Assembly (NCBI GenBank): GCA_963668025.2
Contig: CAXXTH010000023.1
Coordinates: forward strand, 128,001 to 192,000
Length of the DNA stretch: 64,000 nucleotides
Direction of reading: 5' to 3'
Origin: Candidatus Hydrogenedentota bacterium
Lineage (GTDB): Bacteria > Hydrogenedentota > Hydrogenedentia > Hydrogenedentales > SLHB01
Shown here: one piece after another, positions 17,329 to 27,072 of the stretch
Numbering within the stretch: position 1 is the stretch's first letter
Layout: the number at the start of each line of letters is the position of its first letter
Program-made: the position numbers and the translations under genes
The notes under the pieces: model-generated
The model's input: the letters and a program-made list of their open reading frames with translations, nothing else
What the model was told of the DNA's origin: nothing
Databases searched by the model: none

Positions 17329-18686
17329 ATAAGGCCGTGGGAAATCAGCAGCGCCGCCATCGAGAGCACGAGGAAGAAGCCACACATGTCGCCGAACGTC
17401 GTAACTACGAGCGGTGCAGCCAGAGCGGGATCAAAACCTAGTCGTTTCCAAAACAACGGAATCAGCCCGCCCACCGTCAAAGCGACGAAAATATTCATGG
17501 ACAGCGCGCCCCCAGCGAGCAAGCCTATAAACGGATTATGGTGCAACAGATAAGCGATGGCTCCTAACGATGCGCCCATGACCGTGGCGATGATGAGCCC
17601 CACCTGCATCTCTTTTCGCCACACGCGCAGGTAATCCTGGGGTTGGATTAGGCCCATGGCCAGCTCACGAATGCTGACCGCCACCGCCTGGTTGCCGCAG
17701 CAGCCGCTCATATTGGCGATGACCGGGATAAAAAACACCAGTGCGATTTTGCGGGCTATCGTGTCCTCGAACTGCAGAATGACGCTTGCCGCGCATAAGC
17801 TCAGGCCCATGTTGATCAACAGCCACGCCAAACGCCGCGAAGCACGCGGAAAGACAGGCATGTTCCGGAATTCCTCGCCGCCGATGATACCGCCGAACCG
17901 CATCAACGACTGCTCGGCCCGCTCACTATACGCTTCCTCGGCGTCGCCCCGGCGCACCACGCCCGCCATCACCCCGTTGTGGTCCGTCACGGGCACTCCC
18001 ACAAAGGCGTAACGATCGAAAAACTCGTCGAGTTCATCCAGCGTGCTGTCCACATAGACATACAGCGGATTGGGTATCATGACGCTCGTGAGCGGCGCTT
18101 CGGGTTTCGACAAGATCAAATCCCGCAATCGAATTACGCCCACCAAGCGCTCGTGCTCGTTGATGACATACGCGTATTGGACGCCATAATCCGAATACAT
18201 ATCCGCATTATCCCGGAGATCCTGGAGCACGTCCTTCACATGCAGATTCATGTGGTATGACAAGAACTCCGTAATCATGATGCCGCCCGCCAGATCCTCG
18301 GGATACGTGAGCAATTGCCGGGCGTCCTCGGCTTCCTCCGGATCCATCTTGTCAAGGATGGCTTCGGCCTCATCTTCCTCCATCTCGCCCAGCACGTCCA
18401 CGCGGTGGCCGCTATCCATTTCGTCGATGATGGCGGCGGCGTGGTCCGGCTCGAGTTCTTCAATGAGGTCCGCGCCTTGCGTGTCCGACAATTCTTCAAG
18501 GAGGTCGGCCGCATCTTCCGGTTCGAGCAGCATGAGGAGCGCCGCCTGCTGGCTGTCATCCAAACGCGATACCGCCCGGGCGATCTCGGCCGAGGAGAGC
18601 GTGGCGAGAAACTCCGTGACTTTGTCCGGATTTCCCTGGGCTACAAGGCCTTCGATCACTTCCCATGGCTGTAAAACATCGGTCAT
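17325..18686 (-). CDS. mgtE: Magnesium transporter MgtE
   Basis: Acidic N-domain, CBS pair (AGGIM, YV...RLVG..LRDL), RRLAWL, FIPVI..MSG..GNQ and DPALA.PLVVTTFGD. Confidence 0.95.
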   Translation of the reverse strand: MTDVLQPWEVIEGLVAQGNPDKVTEFLATLSSAEIARAVSRLDDSQQAALLMLLEPEDAADLLEELSDTQGADLIEELEPDHAAAIIDEMDSGHRVDVLGEMEEDEAEAILDKMDPEEAEDARQLLTYPEDLAGGIMITEFLSYHMNLHVKDVLQDLRDNADMYSDYGVQYAYVINEHERLVGVIRLRDLILSKPEAPLTSVMIPNPLYVYVDSTLDELDEFFDRYAFVGVPVTDHNGVMAGVVRRGDAEEAYSERAEQSLMRFGGIIGGEEFRNMPVFPRASRRLAWLLINMGLSLCAASVILQFEDTIARKIALVFFIPVIANMSGCCGNQAVAVSIRELAMGLIQPQDYLRVWRKEMQVGLIIATVMGASLGAIAYLLHHNPFIGLLAGGALSMNIFVALTVGGLIPLFWKRLGFDPALAAPLVVTTFGDMCGFFLVLSMAALLISHGLI

Positions 18687-18990
18687 AAGCGCTCCTCTCT
18701 CGCGGCGCACGGCCGGATGAATAGCTTATGTCATGGCCTCAGGCGGCATGGCCTCCTAGAGACGGGCAACTACGCAAATTATAGGCCCTTACGTCGGCGT
18801 TTCACACCCATGTATCCGTCTACCCAAAGTGGAGATTTTACGTCCAAGCAAGAGGCGCCCACCCCTGGTGAAGCAAAAAGGCATTCGGCAAGGGCTATAC
18901 CAAAGTGTATCAGAGCAGCCGAAAAGCCTCAAGGAAGATGAAAAACAGGTGAGTGCGTTTGCCGGTTCTGTCAAGTGTATTCACCGCCTA

Positions 18991-19019
18991 TTGACAGCCC
19001 AATGATAGTGTGCGATACT
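18991..19019 (+). promoter_or_regulatory. Sigma70-type promoter
   Basis: TTGACA-17 bp-GATACT about 70 bp upstream of ATG 19089. Confidence 0.6.
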
Positions 19020-19088
19020 AGACGTACTAAAAAGCGATTACCCGATTGCGCGTACCAGGGAACGTGCTCTCGCAAAAGGGAGGCCGCC

Positions 19089-22000
19089 ATGCATATGCAA
19101 ACCGTCCGCGCCCTGTCCATTCTCATTCTCCTCTCCGCCAGCCTGCCCAGCGCCGCAGCCGTGTGGTACGTCAACCAGGCCAATACCTCCGGAACTCATG
19201 ACGGCGCCTCCTGGGCCACCGCCTTATCCACCATCCAAGCTGGTGTACTCGCCGCCGGAGCCGCTGGCGGCGGCGAAGTCTGGGTGGCGCAGGGGGAATA
19301 CATCGAGTATGTGACCCTTCAATCCAATGTCTCGCTGCTTGGAGGTTTTAGTGGGAATGAAAACAGCGCCGAGTCGAGGAATTTTAAACAAAATGTAACT
19401 GCTATACGGGCAGAAAAACATTCGCGAGAAATTTTGAGCCGATTGTTGGCGGAAAATATACAAGCGTTTTGCGTGGATGGATTTTTCCTGAAGGGCGCAA
19501 ATCCCTCTACGGAAAAGGCTTCTGGTTTACGGTCCAAAGATTCGGAAGGGATTATTCGGAATTGCAGATTTGAGGGGATAGGAGGCAGTAGCGCTATTGG
19601 ATGCATGGATACTTCCATTATCATTCAAAAATGTGATTTTACAAATAACCGATATGATTACTCAGCTGGAGGTGTCATTTCACTTTTTAGAGGAACCGCC
19701 ACCATTGAGGACTGCAATATTTGGGGAAACAAGAAGCTCGACACAGGCATGCTGGATTTCGTTGCCTTGACGGTGGACATGAAACGATGCCGCATCTATG
19801 AGAATTCAGCAATAGCAATAATGTCTCCAACTCGAATGGAGAACTGCTTGATTGCCAACAACTACGTGACGTTTTCCGCCCCACAAACCTCCATACGAAA
19901 TTGCACTTTTCTGCAGAATGCGCCCAAGTATACAAGGGGAATTACGTTTGGAGCTTCAGGGATCATTGTTCAAAACAGCATAGTATGGTTTGGGATGACT
20001 GAGTTCGACCAGTTTTTTTGGAATAATCTGGCGTCTGGGACACGCGCTCTCTATTGGGACTCGCCAGCATATCAGCCCACATTAACTAATTGCCTTTTCT
20101 ATCACCAAATTCACGACGGAGAAAATGTTATTTCCTTGCCGCTGGCTGGTGTGGCGGATCTGGTCTACAATAATGTACGCGAACTGGAACTAAGCTTTAG
20201 CACATGCAAAGACAATATAGATGCTGATCCGCTTTTCGCAGAATCATCGTCCATGAATAAGCCGCTATCGAATGGATCTCCGGCCATTGATAGGGGTGAT
20301 CCTGCCCTGGCGCCCGAGGATGATTTGCTCGGAAACGCCCGACCGGGCGATGATGGGCTCGTGGATATCGGTGCCTATGAATCCGAATCAGCTTATATTC
20401 CTCCGATGGATGTGCTTCCTCCTACAAGCGAAATACGAAACGCTCCATTATCCACTAAAGAAACGATATTTGGCATAGACTGGTATGGTTATGATCCCGA
20501 TGGAAAGCTAAAAGATGCCGCGTTGTATTACCGGAAAGATGGCGGCGCATGGCAAATATATGCCTCGGGCGCTTTCACGGAATCTCCTATTCAGTTTGAT
20601 ATTTCGACTACAGGAGGCGCCGGAATATATGAATTCTATATCAAGGCAACGGATATGGCCGGGCATGTGGAAGAAACTCCCACAACCGCTGAATGGACGA
20701 CTGCCGTTTGGCCTTCTGATTTTACGGTGGACAGGCTGTATGTGAACATGGCGGCGCCTGCTGGTGGAGACGGATTGTCATGGGAAACGGCGATGAACTC
20801 GGTTGGTCCAGCGCTTTCCAGTTTTGATGCCGGCCAAGGAGGTGAAGTCTGGATCGCCAAAGGTGATTATGCAGCAATGACCGTAGCAATACCTGCAGGC
20901 GTGCATGTGGCCCTATATGGCGGTTTTATGGGGAATGAAACCGATCTATCCCAAAGGAATGTTGAAAACAACCCGGTTGTACTGAGGAGCTTGGGACCAA
21001 GCGAAGTCTTGAGCGCGTCCGGATGGCAGAGCCAAGGCTCTATCGTATTAGACGGTCTTACCTTGAACAGCACAACAGGAGGCATTTCATTTGAAGGAGT
21101 TGCGTCCGTCCATATTGCGAAATGTCTGTTTACCGGTTGCGGGAACGGCACGAGCCAATATGCGGGCGGCGGGCGGATCGAGGATTGCGCATCCGTGGAG
21201 ATCACGGATACACGGTTTGTGGAGAATTTCGGCTATAACGGCGGCGGCCTCTATCTTAAAAACTGCAGTGCGGCCTTTCGGCGGTGTTTCTTCGACAACA
21301 ATTGGGCCTCTCAAGATAATATGGCATTGTATGCTGAAAACTGCATCTTAGGTTTTGTAGATAGCCATTTCGCAAGTGGCAATCTAGACCCAACAAACCG
21401 TATAGAATATGTGATTGCCTATACAAGCGGACAGATCCAGGCACGCAACTGTGTCATGGATGGAGGCAAAGGTGGATGGGAGGCGGCGGCCACCACGGGA
21501 ACCAGCTTGTTTGAAGGATGCACATTCCGCGGAATTGATTCTTCCCGTGGCGGTTTACGTGCGTCGAAAACGGGCTCCGCTGGATTCCAAATCACGGAAT
21601 GCACGTTTGATGGCAACCAATGTGGCTTATACAGTTATAATGGGGTCGTGGAGACGTCCAAATGCCTTTTCAAGAACAATGGGATAGGGGGCTTTGGTGG
21701 AAAATATGATTCTTGCGTATTTCAGAACAACCTGAATATTGGCTGCCTGTACGGCAAAGCAACCAATTGCATCGCAGAGCAAAATGGAACTTATGGATTC
21801 TATTCCACCGATTCGTCCTACTGCACGTCAGTGGCCAATGGCATAGCGGGCTTTTATGCGTATTATGCCAATGATCGTATCACGAATTGCATTTCCGCGT
21901 ATAACGAGCAGGCCGCTTTTGGCGTCCACCCATCTTCGTCATCCGATGAACCAATTATAGCCATCACCAAATGCCTATTATATGGTAATCCGATGGCAGC

Positions 22001-24206
22001 CGGTGAAGGTAATGGCAATGTTGAAAACAGCGCCATCCGGCATAGTGATTGGGGCAAGGATTTAACTGAATTTCAGATTAATTGGCCGCATGCGAAAGAC
22101 AATCTGGTAGGCGATCCGTGCTTTGTGGACCGGGAGAATGGAGACTATCATCTGGCCTCCGGCAGCGCCGCCGTGGGCATGGGCGCGCTGGACGCCGGTC
22201 CCGCCGTGGATTTTGATGACCAGCCGCGTCCTGGCAACGATGGCTTGGCGGATCTGGGCGTGTTCGAGTCCGATGGACTCACTCCGCTCACGGATTCGAC
22301 TCCGCCCACGGGGCGCGTTTATAACATCACCATAGGCACGGAAACGATTTCCACGTCTTACTCGTGGCCGATTGATGGTATCCTCCGATTAGTAGCGCGT
22401 GCGCAATCCGATGATATTGCCCTGTATTGGGGCGGAGCGGACAATCAAAGCAGTATCACGCAAGCGGAGATTTATTATCGCGCCTACAATGGCGAATGGC
22501 AGTCGCTTGGGTCCTACGACAGCAGTCCAGTCCACATACCGCCGTCCATTTTCTCGGAAGATAATCTGTACGAATTCATGGCTCTGTGTACGGACTCCGC
22601 CGGGAATAAGGAGCCAATGGATGGCCTTGCGGAATTGCAGTTCTTGTGGAGCCAGAGCCCGCTTGCCTCGCCGCTGTATGTGAACATCCAATCGACGGGT
22701 GCGCAGCGAGGCGATGGGTGGGGTGCCGCGTTCCAGTCCATTCGTGATGCTTCCATCGTTGCCTATTATCAAGTACAAAAATATGGCGTTCAGCCCTTCG
22801 ATATATGGGTGGCGTCCGGCGAGTATCATGAGGCGGCTAGTTTCGGATATGATTATGTAGAGAATCTGTATGGCAGCTTCGCCGGAACAGAATCTTCTCT
22901 GGATGAGCGCGTTTCCACGAATCCCTCAACAGTTATGACGATTACAGATATACCTTGGTACAATAGTTACACATATGCACTTTTGTATTGTGGCAGCCAT
23001 GGAATTGTCGATGGCTTTGTTTTAAGAGACAGCCCCATAGACGGCCTAACAGGATCTTGCAGTGCCATACGAAACTGCGTGATAGAAAGCAGCGCGGGTG
23101 ATGGCATGTATTTCGAGCGCTATTATTCGCGCACGACTCCTCCCGGCAGTTTGCCCGCCATTGAGCATTGCGTGATTCAGAATAACCGAAGCAACGGGAT
23201 CGATGTGGAGCTTATTCAATCTTACGAAGATTGGGAAAAGGGTTCCGTAACAAAAGGCGATTCGCCTGGCCTCGATCAAAGCAATGCCAAGGGAATCCTG
23301 CAACTGCAAATTCGAGACAGTTCTTTGAAAGGAAATGGGAGCGTGGCAATTGATCTAAGCAACAAGGTCATCGCCACGAACTGCGTCATCTCGGGCAACA
23401 GAAAAGGCATATCGGCGGGCTGGGTTGAATTGTACAACTGCACCGTGGATGGAAACGGTCATGTGTTGAGCGAGCCAGGGGTGAATGGCGTGGACTCGGA
23501 GATTTTCCACATCAGGAACTCCATCATTTCGAGAACCACGGGATGCGCACTGCAAGGGACACCTTCTAGCTCGACATTGTCCTCCACGCTGTTCTATGGA
23601 AATGAGGACGGCGATTTCAGAGATCCTGCAGGCAACATCTATTTCGGCGCGGAGGCCATTGAAGGCGCTATTCCCGGCGTGATCGGCATCCTAGATGTGG
23701 ATCCCTTATTCGTTGACGCAGGAGCGGAAAATTATCATCTACTGGAGCAGTCGCCAGCGATTGATGCGGGCATCGCCGAAGGTGCGCCGGATGTGGATAT
23801 CGAAGGCACGCATCGGCCGCAAGGGGATGGCTGGGATTTGGGCGCGTATGAGTATGTGCCGAAGGGAACGGATGACCGGGATGGCGATGGATTGACCAAC
23901 GATCAGGAAACCGCGCTGGGCACAAATCCTCGCTTGAAGGATACGGATGGCGATGGCGTATCCGATTTGGATGAAATCGGGTGGGATGGCGATCTCTCAA
24001 GCTATACGCCAGGTATGGATACCGATCCTTTGAATCGAGATACGGATGGCGATGGCCTAACCGACGATATTGAGCGGGATATCGGTTTGAATCCGCTGGA
24101 TCCCAGCGATGCGGCGAGTGTTGTGCCTGCGGCTTCGTGTCTGTTGACGTTTATCGGGTTGTCGGCCGTAATGCTCCTGTTATGGATGCGGCGGCGCTCC
24201 GCTTAG
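19089..24206 (+). CDS. Large secreted triple beta-helix protein with choice-of-anchor-Q-like, Ig-like and DxDxDG repeats and a C-terminal membrane anchor
   Basis: GGGAGG RBS; signal peptide; three YVN......DG..W..A...I modules, each closed by an S.A...G.......D..G..RP..DG..D.G..E-like motif; DRDGDGL/DTDGDG repeats; hydrophobic tail ending RRRSA. Confidence 0.85.
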   Translation: MHMQTVRALSILILLSASLPSAAAVWYVNQANTSGTHDGASWATALSTIQAGVLAAGAAGGGEVWVAQGEYIEYVTLQSNVSLLGGFSGNENSAESRNFKQNVTAIRAEKHSREILSRLLAENIQAFCVDGFFLKGANPSTEKASGLRSKDSEGIIRNCRFEGIGGSSAIGCMDTSIIIQKCDFTNNRYDYSAGGVISLFRGTATIEDCNIWGNKKLDTGMLDFVALTVDMKRCRIYENSAIAIMSPTRMENCLIANNYVTFSAPQTSIRNCTFLQNAPKYTRGITFGASGIIVQNSIVWFGMTEFDQFFWNNLASGTRALYWDSPAYQPTLTNCLFYHQIHDGENVISLPLAGVADLVYNNVRELELSFSTCKDNIDADPLFAESSSMNKPLSNGSPAIDRGDPALAPEDDLLGNARPGDDGLVDIGAYESESAYIPPMDVLPPTSEIRNAPLSTKETIFGIDWYGYDPDGKLKDAALYYRKDGGAWQIYASGAFTESPIQFDISTTGGAGIYEFYIKATDMAGHVEETPTTAEWTTAVWPSDFTVDRLYVNMAAPAGGDGLSWETAMNSVGPALSSFDAGQGGEVWIAKGDYAAMTVAIPAGVHVALYGGFMGNETDLSQRNVENNPVVLRSLGPSEVLSASGWQSQGSIVLDGLTLNSTTGGISFEGVASVHIAKCLFTGCGNGTSQYAGGGRIEDCASVEITDTRFVENFGYNGGGLYLKNCSAAFRRCFFDNNWASQDNMALYAENCILGFVDSHFASGNLDPTNRIEYVIAYTSGQIQARNCVMDGGKGGWEAAATTGTSLFEGCTFRGIDSSRGGLRASKTGSAGFQITECTFDGNQCGLYSYNGVVETSKCLFKNNGIGGFGGKYDSCVFQNNLNIGCLYGKATNCIAEQNGTYGFYSTDSSYCTSVANGIAGFYAYYANDRITNCISAYNEQAAFGVHPSSSSDEPIIAITKCLLYGNPMAAGEGNGNVENSAIRHSDWGKDLTEFQINWPHAKDNLVGDPCFVDRENGDYHLASGSAAVGMGALDAGPAVDFDDQPRPGNDGLADLGVFESDGLTPLTDSTPPTGRVYNITIGTETISTSYSWPIDGILRLVARAQSDDIALYWGGADNQSSITQAEIYYRAYNGEWQSLGSYDSSPVHIPPSIFSEDNLYEFMALCTDSAGNKEPMDGLAELQFLWSQSPLASPLYVNIQSTGAQRGDGWGAAFQSIRDASIVAYYQVQKYGVQPFDIWVASGEYHEAASFGYDYVENLYGSFAGTESSLDERVSTNPSTVMTITDIPWYNSYTYALLYCGSHGIVDGFVLRDSPIDGLTGSCSAIRNCVIESSAGDGMYFERYYSRTTPPGSLPAIEHCVIQNNRSNGIDVELIQSYEDWEKGSVTKGDSPGLDQSNAKGILQLQIRDSSLKGNGSVAIDLSNKVIATNCVISGNRKGISAGWVELYNCTVDGNGHVLSEPGVNGVDSEIFHIRNSIISRTTGCALQGTPSSSTLSSTLFYGNEDGDFRDPAGNIYFGAEAIEGAIPGVIGILDVDPLFVDAGAENYHLLEQSPAIDAGIAEGAPDVDIEGTHRPQGDGWDLGAYEYVPKGTDDRDGDGLTNDQETALGTNPRLKDTDGDGVSDLDEIGWDGDLSSYTPGMDTDPLNRDTDGDGLTDDIERDIGLNPLDPSDAASVVPAASCLLTFIGLSAVMLLLWMRRRSA

Positions 24207-25288
24207 AGGTGGAAATCGCCTGCGGCTTCAGGCTGGTAGAGAAGCGCTTTCACCAAATACCGGCGAGGAAGCGGGTTCGCGTTGGTCTCGACGATGTCAT
24301 TAATGCGGCTTCCGAGGAGCCGTGTGCCTAAGGGCGACAATATCGAGATATTTTCCTTTTTAGAAGCGGCGTCGCGTGGGAACACGAGCCGGCAGGTTTC
24401 TTCCATACCTGTATCTGCGTTTTGCAATTGCACGACGGAATGCATGGTAATAAGGTCACCTGGCACTTCGTGAGGGCTGACGACTTTCGCACTTGCCAAG
24501 CGTATTTCTAGTTCTTGCAGAAAAGCGCGCGTCTTTTCGTTTCCAAAATCATGGGCCACATGGATCAACTCGCGGAGCCGTTCTAAGTCAAACCGGCTGA
24601 TATGGATAGAGCGTTCCATAGCCTCGCCGGCCTTTTCCGCGGGAATGGCCCCTATCGTTTGAAGGGTCACGGGGCTCAAGTGCATATGTACGATATGGCG
24701 CGCGATGTCGTCCAGCGAGCCCGATTGGCCAGGCCGCTCCCAATAAGCCATGAACACCTGGATGGCCGCTTCCAGGCTCAAAGTTAGGTGCAGCGGCACG
24801 ACTCCAATAAGGCGTTTACGTTCGATCACCCGCCGGAAAAGCCCTTCTATAAGATGCACATATTCCCGGTAGAGCGCTTCCACATGATGCGGCAAACTGC
24901 TCGGATCGGGCAGCACCCCAGCATGGCCTTCCGCTGAAAATGCTTGAAAGAACAGCCGGTCCTTGGTGAAGTTGTATAGCCGCAGCTTGACGGCTTCCCC
25001 CATGGCTTGCTCCGGATCCATTCCCTGGCTGGCGGCTTGCTTGGTCCGGCGCAATACGGCAATCCCGATCCGGGCGATCACCTCCGCATAAATCCCCTCT
25101 TTATCGCGAAACAGGTTATATAGCGTTCCCACGGAATACCCGGATTCCCGGGCAATATCGTCCGTGGTGGTTAAGAAATACCCACGCGTCGTAAACAGCT
25201 TGTCGGCGGCATCAAGAATGACTTCCCGTTTGAGGGCCTTGTCTTTTTCCCGGCGTGAACCATTGTCGTGTAGGGAAATAGAATGCAT
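24203..25288 (-). CDS. TetR-family regulator fused to an Rnk (GreA/GreB-family) domain
   Basis: N-terminal ILDAADKLF..RGY..TT.DDIARESG.SVGTLYNLF.DKE; C-terminal ISRFDLERL...VP.DLITMHS...LVFP......ISILSPLGT.LLG...LLYQPEAAGDFHL. Confidence 0.88.
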   Translation of the reverse strand: MHSISLHDNGSRREKDKALKREVILDAADKLFTTRGYFLTTTDDIARESGYSVGTLYNLFRDKEGIYAEVIARIGIAVLRRTKQAASQGMDPEQAMGEAVKLRLYNFTKDRLFFQAFSAEGHAGVLPDPSSLPHHVEALYREYVHLIEGLFRRVIERKRLIGVVPLHLTLSLEAAIQVFMAYWERPGQSGSLDDIARHIVHMHLSPVTLQTIGAIPAEKAGEAMERSIHISRFDLERLRELIHVAHDFGNEKTRAFLQELEIRLASAKVVSPHEVPGDLITMHSVVQLQNADTGMEETCRLVFPRDAASKKENISILSPLGTRLLGSRINDIVETNANPLPRRYLVKALLYQPEAAGDFHL

Positions 25289-25306
25289 GCCTGGGCCTCC
25301 TTGGCG

Positions 25307-25367
25307 TGAGCGAACACTCAGTTTATGAATATATACTCATCCTAAGCTTTAGGCATTCGCGTGTCAA
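25307..25367 (-). promoter_or_regulatory. Sigma70 promoter with two tandem TetR-like operators
   Basis: Minus strand TTGACA(25367-25362)-17 bp-TAGGAT(25344-25339); TGAR-N6-CTCA near-palindromes at 25307-25320 and 25326-25339. Confidence 0.7.
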
Positions 25368-25438
25368 TTTTTTATATAGGATGAGACTGGGGCCCGAGAG
25401 GGAGATTATCATTACTAGTAACGTGAATTTTGGAGAGC

Positions 25439-25511
25439 CTCTTTGTGTCTTCATGGCTTTGTGGTGAATTTTTCCGGAGCTTTCACCATGAAGTCACGAA
25501 GACGCAAAGAG
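25439..25511. repeat. Outward-facing TTCACCA-type inverted arms around TCCGGA
   Basis: 30-bp arms 25439-25468 and 25482-25511 (25/30 complementary, 8-bp periodic units); TCCGGA at 25473-25478. Confidence 0.75.
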
Positions 25512-25611
25512 TTCAAAGCGCTTTTCATGGGTATGCCATTTATACAAAAATATGTTTCTACGGTAGCTTGCTGCCGCTTTTATTAGCAATCTTCAGATTG
25601 CCGGTTCTATC

Positions 25612-26580
25612 TTACTGATTCTTTCTCGCACGTGTGCGGCATACCGTCCATAAGCCTGCCATGAGCATACACACAAGCGCCACGGGCCACTCGAGTGGCG
25701 CTTCTTGAGCATCTGGGCCTTCCCATCCGGCCAGGCGCGCCCAGAGCCACCATGCCGCGTAAGCTTTCCGGTTGGCGTTGAGCGGTTCGGTGTGCGCCGC
25801 GCCGCAGGAGTACCAATCGGTTCCTTCCGTGTGCGATGCCTGCCATTCCTGCGCCCAATTGCCTAGGGCGGTGGGGCTGTCGCCGTTGTCGTAATAGCTG
25901 CAATCGTCGCTGGCATACGGAAAATGCACGCCGTCAGGGTCATAACTTTCGATGTCCGAGAAGTCGAACAGCGTCTTGCCATTGGCGTTGCAGTAATCCC
26001 GGATGCGCTGGTTATTAGCGGTAATCGTGCCGTAGGACCAAATGTCCAAATGGCCGGTCATATAGACAAACCGCACACTCGGGAAATCCGTTTCGAGCTG
26101 GTTCATCTGGGAGAGATACAGGTCCACGTCCTCCGTGCTGGCCCAGCTCAATTCGCCGCACCACGACCACATCATCACGTTGATCTGGCTATTCGCAGGA
26201 TCCTCAAGATAGGCGTGCGTGGCCGTGTACCAGGTGGTGAAATCAGGATTGCCTAGGTCCTCCGCGCCGCCGGGAAAACCGCCGTAAAAATCGAATACCG
26301 TGAGTACACTGTTGCTGAGATCTCCCGATAAATCCACTGCATACAGGGATGGATCGTTCGGGGCGCCCGCAAATGTCTGTAATCCTTGCATGCCCTCGGT
26401 GATTTGGCTTCCATGCGAGGTATGGCCATACGCAATGCGAAGCGTTGATTTCGCCTGCTCGATGGCGCTCACCGGCACGCTCGCCAAATCTGTGCATGTG
26501 TGGTCAATGATGAGTTGCGCCATGGCTGGCACGCTAACGATTCCGCAAACAATCCCCGCGATCATACGAATGGTGAACAT
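25612..26580 (-). CDS. Secreted hypothetical protein (possible SGNH-like fold) with C-terminal membrane anchor
   Basis: GGAGG RBS, signal peptide, IAYGHTSHGSQI, MWSWCG and FVYMTGH motifs; tail PLEWPVALVCMLMAGLWTVCRTRARK. Confidence 0.75.
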   Translation of the reverse strand: MFTIRMIAGIVCGIVSVPAMAQLIIDHTCTDLASVPVSAIEQAKSTLRIAYGHTSHGSQITEGMQGLQTFAGAPNDPSLYAVDLSGDLSNSVLTVFDFYGGFPGGAEDLGNPDFTTWYTATHAYLEDPANSQINVMMWSWCGELSWASTEDVDLYLSQMNQLETDFPSVRFVYMTGHLDIWSYGTITANNQRIRDYCNANGKTLFDFSDIESYDPDGVHFPYASDDCSYYDNGDSPTALGNWAQEWQASHTEGTDWYSCGAAHTEPLNANRKAYAAWWLWARLAGWEGPDAQEAPLEWPVALVCMLMAGLWTVCRTRARKNQ

Positions 26581-26932
26581 CCCGCACCTCCAGTATTCAA
26601 AAATGCTCCTACCCCAAATGTCCATGATCCCCAAACGGCCTGATCTGATTATACCATGTTGTTTTTCGGAAGGGGGGTAATACGGGGAAAGCTTCCTTAA
26701 AAAAAAGGTTTTCTCCGAATCATTTTCCAAGAATAATTTTTTTCCGTTTTGAAAAGCGGTAGTTCTTGGGGAATTCTGTTTACGAGGTGGACTTTTCCAA
26801 CAACTGGACCAGGCCAGCCAAAGCAGGGAAATACGGATGATGCGCGCGAAAAAGAGTACAATAAGGCACCGGCAGGTTGTGCGGTTTCTCTGCTACGTCT
26901 TGGCGATTTCGGACAACCATTCCATCCCACAG

Positions 26933-27072
26933 TCAGAGCTTGTCGAGTTCCTCAAGGCCTTTGATGAACTGTTCCGTCATCGGATAGGGGCCAGGATATT
27001 TGACATACTCCTGGTGGCCGTCCATGTAGAGGACATTGCCCCCGTCTGGAACGTGGTGGCCGGGACGTTCAA
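26933..27072 (-). pseudogene. C-terminal remnant of an H-X9-DG-CTERM (DUF1559-type) protein, truncated by IS
   Basis: Minus strand from the IS boundary reads ERPGHHVPDGGNVLYMDGHQEYVKYPGPYPMTEQFIKGLEELDKL*; not listed in the ORF track. Confidence 0.8.

Noticed and set aside
18690-18980. Possible Mg2+ (M-box) riboswitch upstream of mgtE; likewise a SAM riboswitch upstream of mtnA
   Set aside because: No recognisable conserved riboswitch motifs by eye; an Rfam/Infernal scan would be needed to exclude them.
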